Below, piece after piece: positions 47,391 through 56,887 of a stretch of DNA of 60,134 nt. Positions within the stretch are counted from its first letter, which is position 1. The number at the start of each line of letters is the position of its first letter. The notes under the pieces were generated by a model, which saw only the letters and a list, made by a program, of their open reading frames with translations, had not been told where the DNA came from and made no database searches. Both the position numbers and the translations under genes were made by a program. Source of the stretch: Odoribacter splanchnicus (GTDB taxonomy: Bacteria; Bacillota; Clostridia; Lachnospirales; Lachnospiraceae); assembly GCA_963623435.1 (NCBI GenBank), contig CAVFMG010000001.1, positions 1 through 60,134 on the forward strand, written 5' to 3'.

Positions 47391-48650
47391 ATGGCAGAAC
47401 AGTATGATCCCTATGAAAATGTAGTCAGTGTGATGACAAAAGCTATGGAAGTCGGAAAAATAGATACCAGGATGTTTGAAATCCTGAAGAATCCACAGCG
47501 TGAGACGAAAGTCTATCTTCCGGTGGAGATGGATGACGGAAGCGTAAAAGTATTCGAAGGATACAGAATCCAGCATTCCAATATCCGTGGACCTTTCAAA
47601 GGCGGAATCCGGTATCATCAGAATTGTACGCTGAATGAGGTAAAGGCTCTTGCGACATGGATGTCCCTGAAATGCGCGGTGGCAAATATTCCTTATGGCG
47701 GTGCCAAGGGCGGAATCAAGGTGGACCCGGCGACACTTTCGCAGGGAGAACTTCGGAGACTGACCAGAAGATATACCTTTGCTATTGCGCCCATCATCGG
47801 TGCGGATACGGATATTCCGGCACCGGACGTCAACACCAATGCGCAGACCATGGCGTGGGTGTTGGACACTTACAGCCAGCTGGCCGGAAAGCCCTGTCCC
47901 GGTGTAGTAACCGGCAAACCGGTGGAACTGGGAGGCTCCAGAGGTCGTAATTCTGCCACCGGAAGAGGTGTATATATCAGTACGAAATTATTAATGGAAA
48001 CAGAAGGAAAAGATCTGCAGAAGATTACGGTGGCCATTCAGGGAATGGGAAATGTAGGAAGTAATGCTGCAAGGATTTTTTATCATAGAAATATCAAAGT
48101 GGTTGCGGTCAGCGATGTCTCCGGAGGCTTATATTGCAAGGAAGGCCTGGACATCGATGAAATTTCAAAGTATCTGGAAGGAAAAGGAAAACTTTTAAAG
48201 GACTATGAGGCAGACGGAGTACAGCATATTACCAATACGGAACTTCTTTTATGTGATTGCGATGTGTTGATTCCGGCGGCTCTGGAAAACCAGATTACGG
48301 AAGAAATTGCGGAAAAAGTAAAATGCTCCTATGTAGTGGAGGCAGCCAACGGACCGACCAGTGCTGCGGGAGACGTGATACTGGAGCGAAGAGGAATCCC
48401 GGTGATTCCGGATATTTTTGCCAACTGCGGCGGTGTCATTGTATCTTATTTTGAATGGGTGCAGAATATACAGGAATTGACCTGGGAGAGAGAACAGGTT
48501 AATGAAATGTTGGAAAAACTTATGACAAAATCTTTTGGAGAAATCGTGGAGATTAAAAAGGAATGCGATTGTACTTACCGCATGGCTGCCTATGTACTGG
48601 CGCTTCGGAAGCTGGTATATGCGGAAGAAATCAAGGGAATATTCCCTTAA
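47391..48650 (+). CDS. gdh: Glu/Leu/Phe/Val dehydrogenase, likely glutamate dehydrogenase
   Basis: GPFKGGIRY, GGAKGG, DIPAPDV, VTGKP, QGMGNVG, EAANGP, VSYFEWVQN. Confidence 0.9.
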   Translation: MAEQYDPYENVVSVMTKAMEVGKIDTRMFEILKNPQRETKVYLPVEMDDGSVKVFEGYRIQHSNIRGPFKGGIRYHQNCTLNEVKALATWMSLKCAVANIPYGGAKGGIKVDPATLSQGELRRLTRRYTFAIAPIIGADTDIPAPDVNTNAQTMAWVLDTYSQLAGKPCPGVVTGKPVELGGSRGRNSATGRGVYISTKLLMETEGKDLQKITVAIQGMGNVGSNAARIFYHRNIKVVAVSDVSGGLYCKEGLDIDEISKYLEGKGKLLKDYEADGVQHITNTELLLCDCDVLIPAALENQITEEIAEKVKCSYVVEAANGPTSAAGDVILERRGIPVIPDIFANCGGVIVSYFEWVQNIQELTWEREQVNEMLEKLMTKSFGEIVEIKKECDCTYRMAAYVLALRKLVYAEEIKGIFP

Positions 48651-48663
48651 GGAGGAGATTGTT

Positions 48664-48777
48664 ATGGAAGAAAAAATGGTCGTATGTGTGATTGTCGGAA
48701 AAAGAGTATCACAGAGTAACTGCCAGAACTGTCCAATCAAAGATTGTCGGGGAAAAGATAATAAAAAAGAAGTATAG
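48664..48777 (+). CDS. 37-aa four-cysteine small protein
   Basis: RBS AAGGAGGAG; MEEKMVVCVIVGKRVSQSNCQNCPIKDCRGKDNKKEV. Confidence 0.55.
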   Translation: MEEKMVVCVIVGKRVSQSNCQNCPIKDCRGKDNKKEV

Positions 48778-48801
48778 ATATCACGGATTCAGCGCATACT
48801 A
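48772..48801 (+). promoter_or_regulatory. Putative sigmaG forespore promoter
   Basis: GTATA-N18-CATACTA matches the B. subtilis sigmaG consensus. Confidence 0.6.
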
Positions 48802-48842
48802 ACCTCGCAAATAACAGAAGGAATAAAAAGGAGGTTAGCAGC

Positions 48843-49028
48843 ATGAGTGATATTTCAGAATTAGATCTGCAGAATCTGCGCCATCTGATCGGCGGTTTTG
48901 ACACGACCCACTGCAAAATGCAGGAGTATGCCAAGGAAGCGGAGGACCCGAAGGTAAAACAGTTTTTTGAAAAGGGTGCCCGTAGCGCCATGGAGAACAA
49001 ACAGCAGCTTATGAAGTTTTTGCAGTAA
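48843..49028 (+). CDS. Small spore-associated protein
   Basis: ELDLQNLRHLIG..K..YA..DP; RBS GGAGG; paired with a Coat F-like gene. Confidence 0.65.
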   Translation: MSDISELDLQNLRHLIGGFDTTHCKMQEYAKEAEDPKVKQFFEKGARSAMENKQQLMKFLQ

Positions 49029-49040
49029 GGAGGCAGCAGA

Positions 49041-49295
49041 ATGCAGGAAAAGACAATGGTAGCAGATACTCTGGCAGGGATCAACGGCGAGCTGACCCGC
49101 TATGCGGGAATGATCGCCCAGTCAGAGAATAAAGAGTTAAAACAGACACTGAAGCAGTTCCGTACCGCCTGTGAGCAGTCCCAGGAGGAACTGTACCAGA
49201 TCGCCAGAGAGAAGTCCTATTATGTGCCGGCGGAGAAAGCCACCGCAGAAGAAGTGGCAGATGTGAGAAGCCTGTTCACAAAGGGAACTCTGTAA
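49041..49295 (+). CDS. Coat F-like spore protein
   Basis: EK.MV.D.L..Y..I.Q.EN.EL.Q..YY.P pattern. Confidence 0.7.
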   Translation: MQEKTMVADTLAGINGELTRYAGMIAQSENKELKQTLKQFRTACEQSQEELYQIAREKSYYVPAEKATAEEVADVRSLFTKGTL

Positions 49296-49316
49296 AAATT
49301 AAGATAACGTAATCAG

Positions 49317-49356
49317 ATAAGCCTTTCGGAGAGTTATCTCCGGGAGGCTTATTTTA
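49317..49356 (+). terminator. Intrinsic terminator
   Basis: ATAAGCCTTTCGGAGA..TCTCCGGGAGGCTTATTTT. Confidence 0.8.
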
Positions 49357-49379
49357 GCGTGTCCGATCAGACGCGCTGG

Positions 49380-49409
49380 GCATAGGACATTCCGCCACCC
49401 GCATATAGT
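49380..49409 (+). promoter_or_regulatory. Putative sigmaE promoter of spmAB
   Basis: GCATA..CATATAGT; spmAB is sigmaE-dependent in B. subtilis. Confidence 0.5.
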
Positions 49410-49438
49410 GAAACGAAGAAACATCGGGTGGTGACGTC

Positions 49439-50113
49439 ATGCTTAATTATATCTGGGCAGGGATGATTCTATTAGGAGTGATCTACGGGGTCTGTACGGG
49501 ACAGATGGACGCTCTGACGGGAGGGGCATTAGACAGCGCCAGAGACGCGGTGAGCCTCTGCATTACTATGGCAGGTGTCATGGCGCTGTGGATGGGGCTC
49601 ATGGAGATCGCGCAGGAATCCGGCATGATCACGAAGATGACAAAAGGAATCCGACCCTTCCTGCGGTTCATGTTCCCGAGGCTCCCGGAGGGGCACCCGG
49701 CGGGAGAATACATAGCCACGAACTTGATCGCCAATGTCCTGGGGCTGGGCTGGGCGTGCACCCCGGCGGGACTGAAAGCCATGGAGCAGCTGGCGAAGCT
49801 GGAGGAGCAGAGGCGAGAACAGCGGCAGATAGAGCAGCAGGGAATGCAGTCTGTGAGCAGACTGCTAGGACCAAAGGTAAGGCAGGGGATGGAGGATCGA
49901 CGGTATGGATCAGGAGCTACGGCAGCCAGCAATGAAATGTGTACCTTTTTGATCCTGAATATTTCGTCCTTACAGCTGATCCCGGTAAATATGATTGCTT
50001 ACCGCAGTCAGTACGGCAGTGTTAATCCGGCGGTGATTATTGCTACGGCACTGGTTGCCACGCTATTCAGCACGGTGATAGCTATCATTTATTGTAAATG
50101 GAAAGACAGGTGA
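49439..50113 (+). CDS. spmA: Spore maturation protein A
   Basis: MLNYIW, LWMGLM.IA, ANVLGLGWACTPAGLKAM, NISSLQLIP. Confidence 0.92.
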   Translation: MLNYIWAGMILLGVIYGVCTGQMDALTGGALDSARDAVSLCITMAGVMALWMGLMEIAQESGMITKMTKGIRPFLRFMFPRLPEGHPAGEYIATNLIANVLGLGWACTPAGLKAMEQLAKLEEQRREQRQIEQQGMQSVSRLLGPKVRQGMEDRRYGSGATAASNEMCTFLILNISSLQLIPVNMIAYRSQYGSVNPAVIIATALVATLFSTVIAIIYCKWKDR

Positions 50114-50118
50114 GGATC

Positions 50119-50646
50119 ATGATGAATGCATTGACACACATGTCAGATATTATGATTCCCATGGTGATCTTCTGGATCGTGGGTTACGGAATGGTGTCAG
50201 GGGTGAAGGTCTATGAGACTTTCCTGAAAGGTGCCCAAGAGGGACTGCACATTGTGGTGGAGATCCTGCCGACACTGGTGGGACTGATGATGGCGGTGGG
50301 AATCCTGCGAACATCAGGCTTTTTTGAACTGTTGGGAAAACTGATCGGTCCGGCGACACAGGCGGTGGGACTTCCGGCGCAGCTGATTCCGTTACTTATC
50401 GTAAAAATGTTCTCTTCTTCCGCGGCTACCGGGCTGGTGCTGGATATTTTCAAGACCTGCGGTCCCGACTCCTATGCCGGGATGCTGACTTCGATCCTCA
50501 TGAGCTGCACCGAGACTATTTTTTATACCATGAGTGTGTATTTTCTGGCGGCAAAGGTAACAAAAACCCGCTACACGCTGCCGGGGGCACTGTTGGCAAC
50601 GTTAGCGGGAACGGTGGCAAGTATTTTTCTTGCGAGAAAAATGTAA
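50119..50646 (+). CDS. spmB: Spore maturation protein B
   Basis: VYETF.KGA.EG, SCTETIFYTMSVYF, TRY. Confidence 0.92.
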   Translation: MMNALTHMSDIMIPMVIFWIVGYGMVSGVKVYETFLKGAQEGLHIVVEILPTLVGLMMAVGILRTSGFFELLGKLIGPATQAVGLPAQLIPLLIVKMFSSSAATGLVLDIFKTCGPDSYAGMLTSILMSCTETIFYTMSVYFLAAKVTKTRYTLPGALLATLAGTVASIFLARKM

Positions 50647-51594
50647 TTAAATTAACTGTAAGCTTCGCAAAATGAACAAGTATACCGTCAGCGTGACAGA
50701 GCTTAAAAAGGTGGTGGCTACCACCACACTGGAAGTCAGGGTTCCTTCGTGGTTCATGTTCTTCGCCATGATATAGCAGCTTACGGTGGTGGGAGAACCC
50801 AGCATAATGAGGATCGCCACCAGCTTCTCTCCGGTGAAGCCAAAATGGATGGCAAGCGGCAGGAACAGCGCAGGCCATACTACCAGTTTTAACACGGTTG
50901 CAACTCCGGTGGGGGCTAAAAGCTTTAACGCTTTTCTTCCCTCGAATCCGGCACCGAGACCGATCAGGGCCAGGGGTGTGGCAAGGACTGCAATATTACT
51001 GATGGTCTTGGAGATGATTACGGGATAGCTGATCCGGCAGGCACTGGACAGCATTCCCAGGGCAATACTGATAATGATCGGGTTCGTAACGATTCCTTTT
51101 AAGGATTTCAGCAGGGACTCTTTGTCGAAACCCTTGGCATCCGGCCCGGTGAAGGACAGGATCAGCACAGCGGCGATATTATACAGAGGAACGGTACCCA
51201 CGATCATCAGGGGTGCCATGCCGGAAGTCCCGTAGATGTTCTGTATAAACGCGATTCCCAGGACGGCAGCGCTGCTGCGGTAGCTTGCCTGGACAAGCTC
51301 TCCCAGGCGGGATTTGTTCTTATAGAAAATGCCTGCCACGACCCAGGTGATGACGATGCAGAATAGGGTCACGAAGAAGCAGAACAATACATAGCCGGTA
51401 TCCCAGACGCTGTAAAAGTCTGCGGTGGACATGTCCTTGAACAAAAGTACGGGAAGAGTGATTTTATAATTGAAAGAATTCAAGGTTTTGACAAATGAGT
51501 CGTTGGTAACATGCAACTGCTGTAAAACATAACCGACCACCATGACTAAAAATACGGGGATCGTTGCATTAAGACTGAATAATAGTTGTTCCAT
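50647..51594 (-). CDS. AEC family (malate permease-like) transporter
   Basis: P.F..M..GY, LP.LLF, NPII, TPLAL..LG, K..P, PT. Confidence 0.85.
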   Translation of the reverse strand: MEQLLFSLNATIPVFLVMVVGYVLQQLHVTNDSFVKTLNSFNYKITLPVLLFKDMSTADFYSVWDTGYVLFCFFVTLFCIVITWVVAGIFYKNKSRLGELVQASYRSSAAVLGIAFIQNIYGTSGMAPLMIVGTVPLYNIAAVLILSFTGPDAKGFDKESLLKSLKGIVTNPIIISIALGMLSSACRISYPVIISKTISNIAVLATPLALIGLGAGFEGRKALKLLAPTGVATVLKLVVWPALFLPLAIHFGFTGEKLVAILIMLGSPTTVSCYIMAKNMNHEGTLTSSVVVATTFLSSVTLTVYLFILRSLQLI

Positions 51595-51643
51595 GGGAAT
51601 TTGTATGCCTTTCTGTGATAGGAAGCTTAATATAGGAAGCGAA

Positions 51644-51686
51644 AAGCCCCTCTCCTTTTGCAAGTATAGAAAAGGAGGGGGGCTTT
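51644..51686. terminator. Terminator hairpin downstream of the YhgE-like gene
   Basis: AAAGCCCCTCTCCTTTT..AAAAGGAGGGGGCTTT. Confidence 0.75.
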
Positions 51687-51724
51687 GTCAAGCTACGAAC
51701 CTGTGATGTTATATTTTTGCTGTT

Positions 51725-53998
51725 TTACTTTACAGCACCGATTTTGTAGATAAATTTCACACTGCTGTCCATGCCGTCATTGGAACCGGTGAAAGAATTG
51801 TAATTCTCAGATACGGAAGCGGTGGCTTTCATACGGTCGATGACCTCCTGAAGTTCGTCGGTATCTAATTCAGTCAGCTTGCTGATGCCTTCATCATTGA
51901 ACTGTACGATACCATCCTTTAATTCCTTGGCACCATCCCTGAGCTGGCGGATACCATCAATCAGCTTGTCACTGCCGTCAGAGAGATCGTTCACACCGTT
52001 GGTAAGAGTGCCGGCACCGCTCGCCAGCTCCTTGCTACCGTCCATCAGAGTTGTGGCACCGGTGAAGAGACTGTCACTGCCGGAGACCAGCTTAGCAGCA
52101 CCATCAGCGAGCTGTGTGCTTCCTGCAGCCAGCTTGGCAGCACCGTCATTGGCGGAAGCCACACCGGTGGTGTATGCCAGCAAACCCTGATAGAAAGTGT
52201 TATAACTGTCCAGGGAAGCTTTTGCAGCGGTCAAAGTAGGAACTGCGGAAGCAAACGTACTCATATATTGCGAAGTGGCAGCATCAATTTTTGCTATCGT
52301 TTCTGCATAAGGATTTGTCTGTGCAGAGGACTCGGAACCGTTCGAGGTATTATTGTCAGTGTTGACGTCGGAGGACTCGGAACTGTTCGAGGTATTATTG
52401 TCAGTGTTGATATCAGAGGACTCGGAACCGTTCGCAGTATTATTGTCAGTGTTGACATCAGAGGACTCGGAACCGTTCGCAGTATTATTGTCAGTGTTGA
52501 CATCAGAGGACTCGGAACCGTTCGCAGTATTATTGTCAGTGTTGACATCAGAGGACTCGGAACCGTTCGCAGTATTATTGTCAGTGTTGACATCAGAGGA
52601 CTCGGAACCACCTGTAGTATTATTGTCAACGTTGACATCAGAGGTATCGGAATCACTCGATGTATTATTTGCTGCTGTTGAACTGGTATTAGCAGAATAA
52701 TTTTTCATGGCCTGATACTGCTCTTCGGTTAAATTATTAGCTTTGAGCACAAGTGCACGGGTAGCAGTCTCGTTATTTGAAAGATAAGTAAGCTTCTGGA
52801 TTGCGCTTGTCATTTCCTCAGAGTAATTCTCCTTAGTCAGAGATTGCATAAGTCCCTGGCTGATCAGCGTTTTAACTCCGTCACTGCTGTTTACGGTATT
52901 GATCAGTGTATCAAATACTTGTGCAGCACCTGCATTCAGTGTGGCGCTGTTGGCATTCAGGGTGTTCAGACCGGTACTGAGGTCTGCGGCACCTGACTGC
53001 AGGGATTTTGCACCTGACTGCAGAGATTCGGCTCCGCTTTTAATGGCACCGACACCGTCCCGTAAAGTAACAGTACCGTCAGCTAACTGATAAGCCCCGT
53101 CGCGTAAATCCGCAGAACCATCAGCCAGCTTTTTCACACCATCCGTCAAGTCTCCGGACTTATCATAGAGCTCGCATACACCGTCATAGAGCTCGGAGGA
53201 ACCGTCCATCAGTTGCATAGTGGCATCATCCAGATCATTCATGGCATCCTTCAGATCATCGAGGTCATCCATGTTACTCAGATCTAGCCGGGAGAAAACA
53301 GAGTTGGTGGCAATGCAGTAGGACTCGTTCAGGGTGAAGTCAGTGGCATCTGCCTCAATCTCCAGATAATCATCCAGATCTTCTTCCATATCCAGGTTGG
53401 TGCCCAGTCCGGGGAAGACGATACCGGTGACAACACTGCGATTACCGTCGTTGATGACCTTTCCGGAGGAAACCTGGATATTGCTGAATACATCATTGTC
53501 TACAATCATGCCGGTCATTACGGCAAAGGGAACGTAGATTTTTTCATTTTTCCCGGCAATCTCGCGAGTTTCATACACATTGTTGGTGTAATCGTACCGG
53601 ATTGTTACATGACCACTCTTACCGTTCAGCTCTGCAGGAGAGATCTCATTGCCATCCAGAGTATAAGTGATTTTCACAGAGATGGGAGCCTCCTTGTCGG
53701 AAGTGGTCTGCGTGTAGGAATCCTTTTCTCCCTGATTCTTCAGCCAGTCGCTGACGTATATTTTCTTCTGACTGCCGTCAGCATCCAGGATCACATACAC
53801 AGTTTCATCAATGGAGTCTGCGGTGGTATCCTCTGATTTCCAGATATCGCCAACGGCATCCTGAATCTGTTCCTTGAGTTCGGTTTCTTTTTTCTCAGAG
53901 GTTTTAGCGTATACAGAGACTCCGGTGACGCTTAATGCTACCACTCCGGCCAGACACAGGGCACCGGCTCTCCAGACTTGTTTTTTCATATTTATCAT
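51725..53998 (-). CDS. Secreted YhgE/Pip-like protein with X-X-X-L-X-X-G heptad repeats
   Basis: Signal peptide, DETVYV..DADG, L.GKSG.V.I, many L.DG heptads; follows the MMPL gene. Confidence 0.8.
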   Translation of the reverse strand: MINMKKQVWRAGALCLAGVVALSVTGVSVYAKTSEKKETELKEQIQDAVGDIWKSEDTTADSIDETVYVILDADGSQKKIYVSDWLKNQGEKDSYTQTTSDKEAPISVKITYTLDGNEISPAELNGKSGHVTIRYDYTNNVYETREIAGKNEKIYVPFAVMTGMIVDNDVFSNIQVSSGKVINDGNRSVVTGIVFPGLGTNLDMEEDLDDYLEIEADATDFTLNESYCIATNSVFSRLDLSNMDDLDDLKDAMNDLDDATMQLMDGSSELYDGVCELYDKSGDLTDGVKKLADGSADLRDGAYQLADGTVTLRDGVGAIKSGAESLQSGAKSLQSGAADLSTGLNTLNANSATLNAGAAQVFDTLINTVNSSDGVKTLISQGLMQSLTKENYSEEMTSAIQKLTYLSNNETATRALVLKANNLTEEQYQAMKNYSANTSSTAANNTSSDSDTSDVNVDNNTTGGSESSDVNTDNNTANGSESSDVNTDNNTANGSESSDVNTDNNTANGSESSDVNTDNNTANGSESSDINTDNNTSNSSESSDVNTDNNTSNGSESSAQTNPYAETIAKIDAATSQYMSTFASAVPTLTAAKASLDSYNTFYQGLLAYTTGVASANDGAAKLAAGSTQLADGAAKLVSGSDSLFTGATTLMDGSKELASGAGTLTNGVNDLSDGSDKLIDGIRQLRDGAKELKDGIVQFNDEGISKLTELDTDELQEVIDRMKATASVSENYNSFTGSNDGMDSSVKFIYKIGAVK
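52325..52644 (-). repeat. 45-bp coding tandem repeat, about 7 copies (SSDVNTDNNTANGSE)
   Basis: Unit AGAGGACTCGGAACCGTTCGCAGTATTATTGTCAGTGTTGACATC, head-to-tail with no spacers. Confidence 0.92.
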
Positions 53999-54002
53999 AC
54001 TT

Positions 54003-56114
54003 TTATACCGTCCTTTCTTTCCAAGAGTTAGAAGTATCTGTAGCTTTTTCCTTGTTCCGGAAGCCAATGCTGGTAACACAGATGATTTTGTCGAACAGCA
54101 TGAACATGGCGGGCAGGAACAGGATCACGGCGAACATACTTACAATAGCGCCTCTTGCCATCAGGTCGCAGAGGGAACTGATAATGTCCACATCGGAATA
54201 CAGGGCAACACCGAAGGTGGCGGAGAACAGCCCCATGGCGCTGACGATGATCGAAGGAATGGATACCTTCAGGGCATTGGTAACGGCTTCCCGTTTGTCT
54301 TTGCCCTCATAGCGCTCCTGTTTGTATCTTGTGGTCATCAGAATTGCGTAGTCAACGGTGGCACCCAGCTGGATCGTACTGATACAGATCGGTGCGATAA
54401 AAGGAAGTGACGTTCCTGTCAGGTGGGCAAGCCCCAGGTTGATGAAGATAGACAGCTCGATGACTGCTACCAGGATCAGAGGCAGGGTAATGCTCTTCTC
54501 TACCAGTGCGATGATCACGAAGATTGCCACGATGGAGACGGCATTTACGACCTTGAAGTCCTGATCTGTAGTCTCAATCAGATCTTTCGTACAGGGAGCT
54601 TCACCGATGAGCATGCCCTTGGAATCGTATTTTTTCAAAATAGTGTTCAGTTCATTGATTTGGGCGTTGACCTCGTCGGTAGCGGTCTTGTATTCGGAGT
54701 TGACTAAGAGCAGTTCCCAGTCATCACTCTTCAATACCTCTTTGACGGATTCCGGAAGCATTTCCTCCGGTACAAGAGGTCCTACCACAGATTCCAGCCC
54801 CAGGGCGTATTTGACACCCTCTACACTTTCCATCTCATGGATCATGGCACGTACGTCAGTGTCAGATACATCGGTACTTACCAGTACCATGTGGGTGGCA
54901 CCGACACCGAAGTCTTCCTGCAGTTTACTGTTGGCTATTACGTATGCCATATCCTCGGGAAGCGTTTCACCGAGATCGTAATAGACTTCATTATTTGTTG
55001 CCTTATAAGAGAAATAAGAAGGCAATACCAGCACCAGGAACAGGATCAGGAATACCGGGAACACCTTCGTAATACCGGAGGCAAGTTTGCCCATATCCGG
55101 CAGGAGCGATTTGTGGCTAGTCTTCTGTAATAATTTGTCCAATACAAGGATCATGGAAGGCAGTGTTGTGACACAGCCTATGACACCAAAGATGACACCC
55201 TTTGCCATAACCACGCCAAGATCCAGACCTAAGGTATAACTCATGAAGCACAGGGCGATGAATCCTGCCACGGTGGTAATGGAACTTCCTACTACGGAGG
55301 TCAGGGTATTGTTGATTGCCACTGCCATGGCTTCTTTATTATCCTCGTACATGGTCTTCTGCTCTTCGTAGCTGTGCCAGAGGAAGATGGAGTAATCCAT
55401 GGTAACGGCTAACTGTAAGACTGCGGATAATGCCTTGGTCAGGTAGGAGATCTCTCCAAGGAAATAGTTGGTACCCATATTTAACAGGATAGCCATACCA
55501 ATGCTTATTAGAAAAACAAACGGTGTAATCCAGTTATCCATGAATATCATCATTGCAACACATGCCAATGCTACAGCGATGCCTACATAGATCGGCTCCT
55601 CTTTTTCACAAAGATCCTTCAGGTCGGTGACCATGGCAGACATACCGGATACAAAACACTGTTTTCCGGCTATGCTGCGGATCTCCGAGATGGCCTCCAT
55701 GGTATCATCGGAGGAAGTAGAAGTATCGAAGAAGATGGCTAACATTGTGCTGTCGCCGGAGTTAAAGGCATCATACAGCTTGGAAGGAAGTAATTCCATG
55801 GGTATAGATACATCTGCGAAATCGTCATACCACAGAACGGTATCCACATGGTCTACATGAGAGATATCTTCCCGGAGAGAAGATACATCCTCCGGATCCA
55901 TTCCTTCGATGATTACGAAGGAAAAAGCTCCTTTTCCAAATTCATCCATCAGGATATCCTGTCCTATTACCGTGTCAATATCATTGGGCAGATAAGACAG
56001 CATATCGTAATTGATCCGCGTCATGATCATTCCGATCAGAGAGGGGACCAGTAATGCAATTGCCAGTATTAATATGGGAATACGGCATTTCACAACCCAT
56101 TTTCCAAATTTCAT
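54003..56114 (-). CDS. MMPL/RND family transporter
   Basis: INYDMLSYLP, QLAVTMDYSIFL, QLGATVDYAIL; duplicated halves. Confidence 0.9.
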   Translation of the reverse strand: MKFGKWVVKCRIPILILAIALLVPSLIGMIMTRINYDMLSYLPNDIDTVIGQDILMDEFGKGAFSFVIIEGMDPEDVSSLREDISHVDHVDTVLWYDDFADVSIPMELLPSKLYDAFNSGDSTMLAIFFDTSTSSDDTMEAISEIRSIAGKQCFVSGMSAMVTDLKDLCEKEEPIYVGIAVALACVAMMIFMDNWITPFVFLISIGMAILLNMGTNYFLGEISYLTKALSAVLQLAVTMDYSIFLWHSYEEQKTMYEDNKEAMAVAINNTLTSVVGSSITTVAGFIALCFMSYTLGLDLGVVMAKGVIFGVIGCVTTLPSMILVLDKLLQKTSHKSLLPDMGKLASGITKVFPVFLILFLVLVLPSYFSYKATNNEVYYDLGETLPEDMAYVIANSKLQEDFGVGATHMVLVSTDVSDTDVRAMIHEMESVEGVKYALGLESVVGPLVPEEMLPESVKEVLKSDDWELLLVNSEYKTATDEVNAQINELNTILKKYDSKGMLIGEAPCTKDLIETTDQDFKVVNAVSIVAIFVIIALVEKSITLPLILVAVIELSIFINLGLAHLTGTSLPFIAPICISTIQLGATVDYAILMTTRYKQERYEGKDKREAVTNALKVSIPSIIVSAMGLFSATFGVALYSDVDIISSLCDLMARGAIVSMFAVILFLPAMFMLFDKIICVTSIGFRNKEKATDTSNSWKERTV

Positions 56115-56265
56115 AAGCGGGGCTCCTTTCTTGTCGATTCTTTTTCACTTGGTATTTTATGCAGGGATTCCTTCAATGAAAACAGACAAAAAAGAGCAAT
56201 GCACAAAAATTGCGCATTGCTTAAAAATAATCCAAAATATGTACAAACAGACCTAAATGTCCAAA

Positions 56266-56838
56266 TTAACGTGCCATACGTGTCAGGCTTAATTCTATGT
56301 TTCCCTTCAGAATCTCGCCCATACGCCGGATCAGCGTCTCGGGCTCCTTTTTCATTCCGGTGTTCAGCCAGTCCAAGATCATACCCACCAGTGCAAATTT
56401 GTAGAAGTCTATGATCATTTTCTGATCCGCGGGAAATACTTTTTTGTGAGCGGCATGTTCCACCTGTTCTGTGACTTTGGCAACATACAGCCTCATAACC
56501 TCTCCGGCGATGCTGTAGAGATACTGCTCTACCCGCTCCCTGCTGACGGAATTATAGATATGATAGACGAGGCGCTTGTTCTCCAGGGCGAAATGGGCGC
56601 CGGAGATGAAGCCTTCCTCCCAGGAGTCCACATCCATGTGCTCTGACAGCACCCGCTCCACATCCGCATTCAGAATGTGCTCCAACAGGGCGGTGATGTC
56701 CTGAAAATGATAGTAAAAAGTGTTGCGGCTGATGCCGCAGTCATCGACAATGTCTTTTATAGTGATCTTATCTAACGGTCGCTCGTTCAGCAGCCGGATA
56801 AAGGATTCTTCGATAGCCTTGCTTGTAAACTGTGTCAT
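56266..56838 (-). CDS. TetR/AcrR family regulator
   Basis: KITIKDIVDDCGISRNTFYYHFQDI. Confidence 0.9.
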   Translation of the reverse strand: MTQFTSKAIEESFIRLLNERPLDKITIKDIVDDCGISRNTFYYHFQDITALLEHILNADVERVLSEHMDVDSWEEGFISGAHFALENKRLVYHIYNSVSRERVEQYLYSIAGEVMRLYVAKVTEQVEHAAHKKVFPADQKMIIDFYKFALVGMILDWLNTGMKKEPETLIRRMGEILKGNIELSLTRMAR

Positions 56839-56887
56839 GGGTTCCTCCAACCTGATGATCCGTACACTTCATCTTAGCACAATCCCG

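Noticed and set aside
52325..52644. Possible CRISPR array
   Set aside because: Units are head-to-tail without unique spacers, keep the reading frame of a CDS, and no cas genes are present
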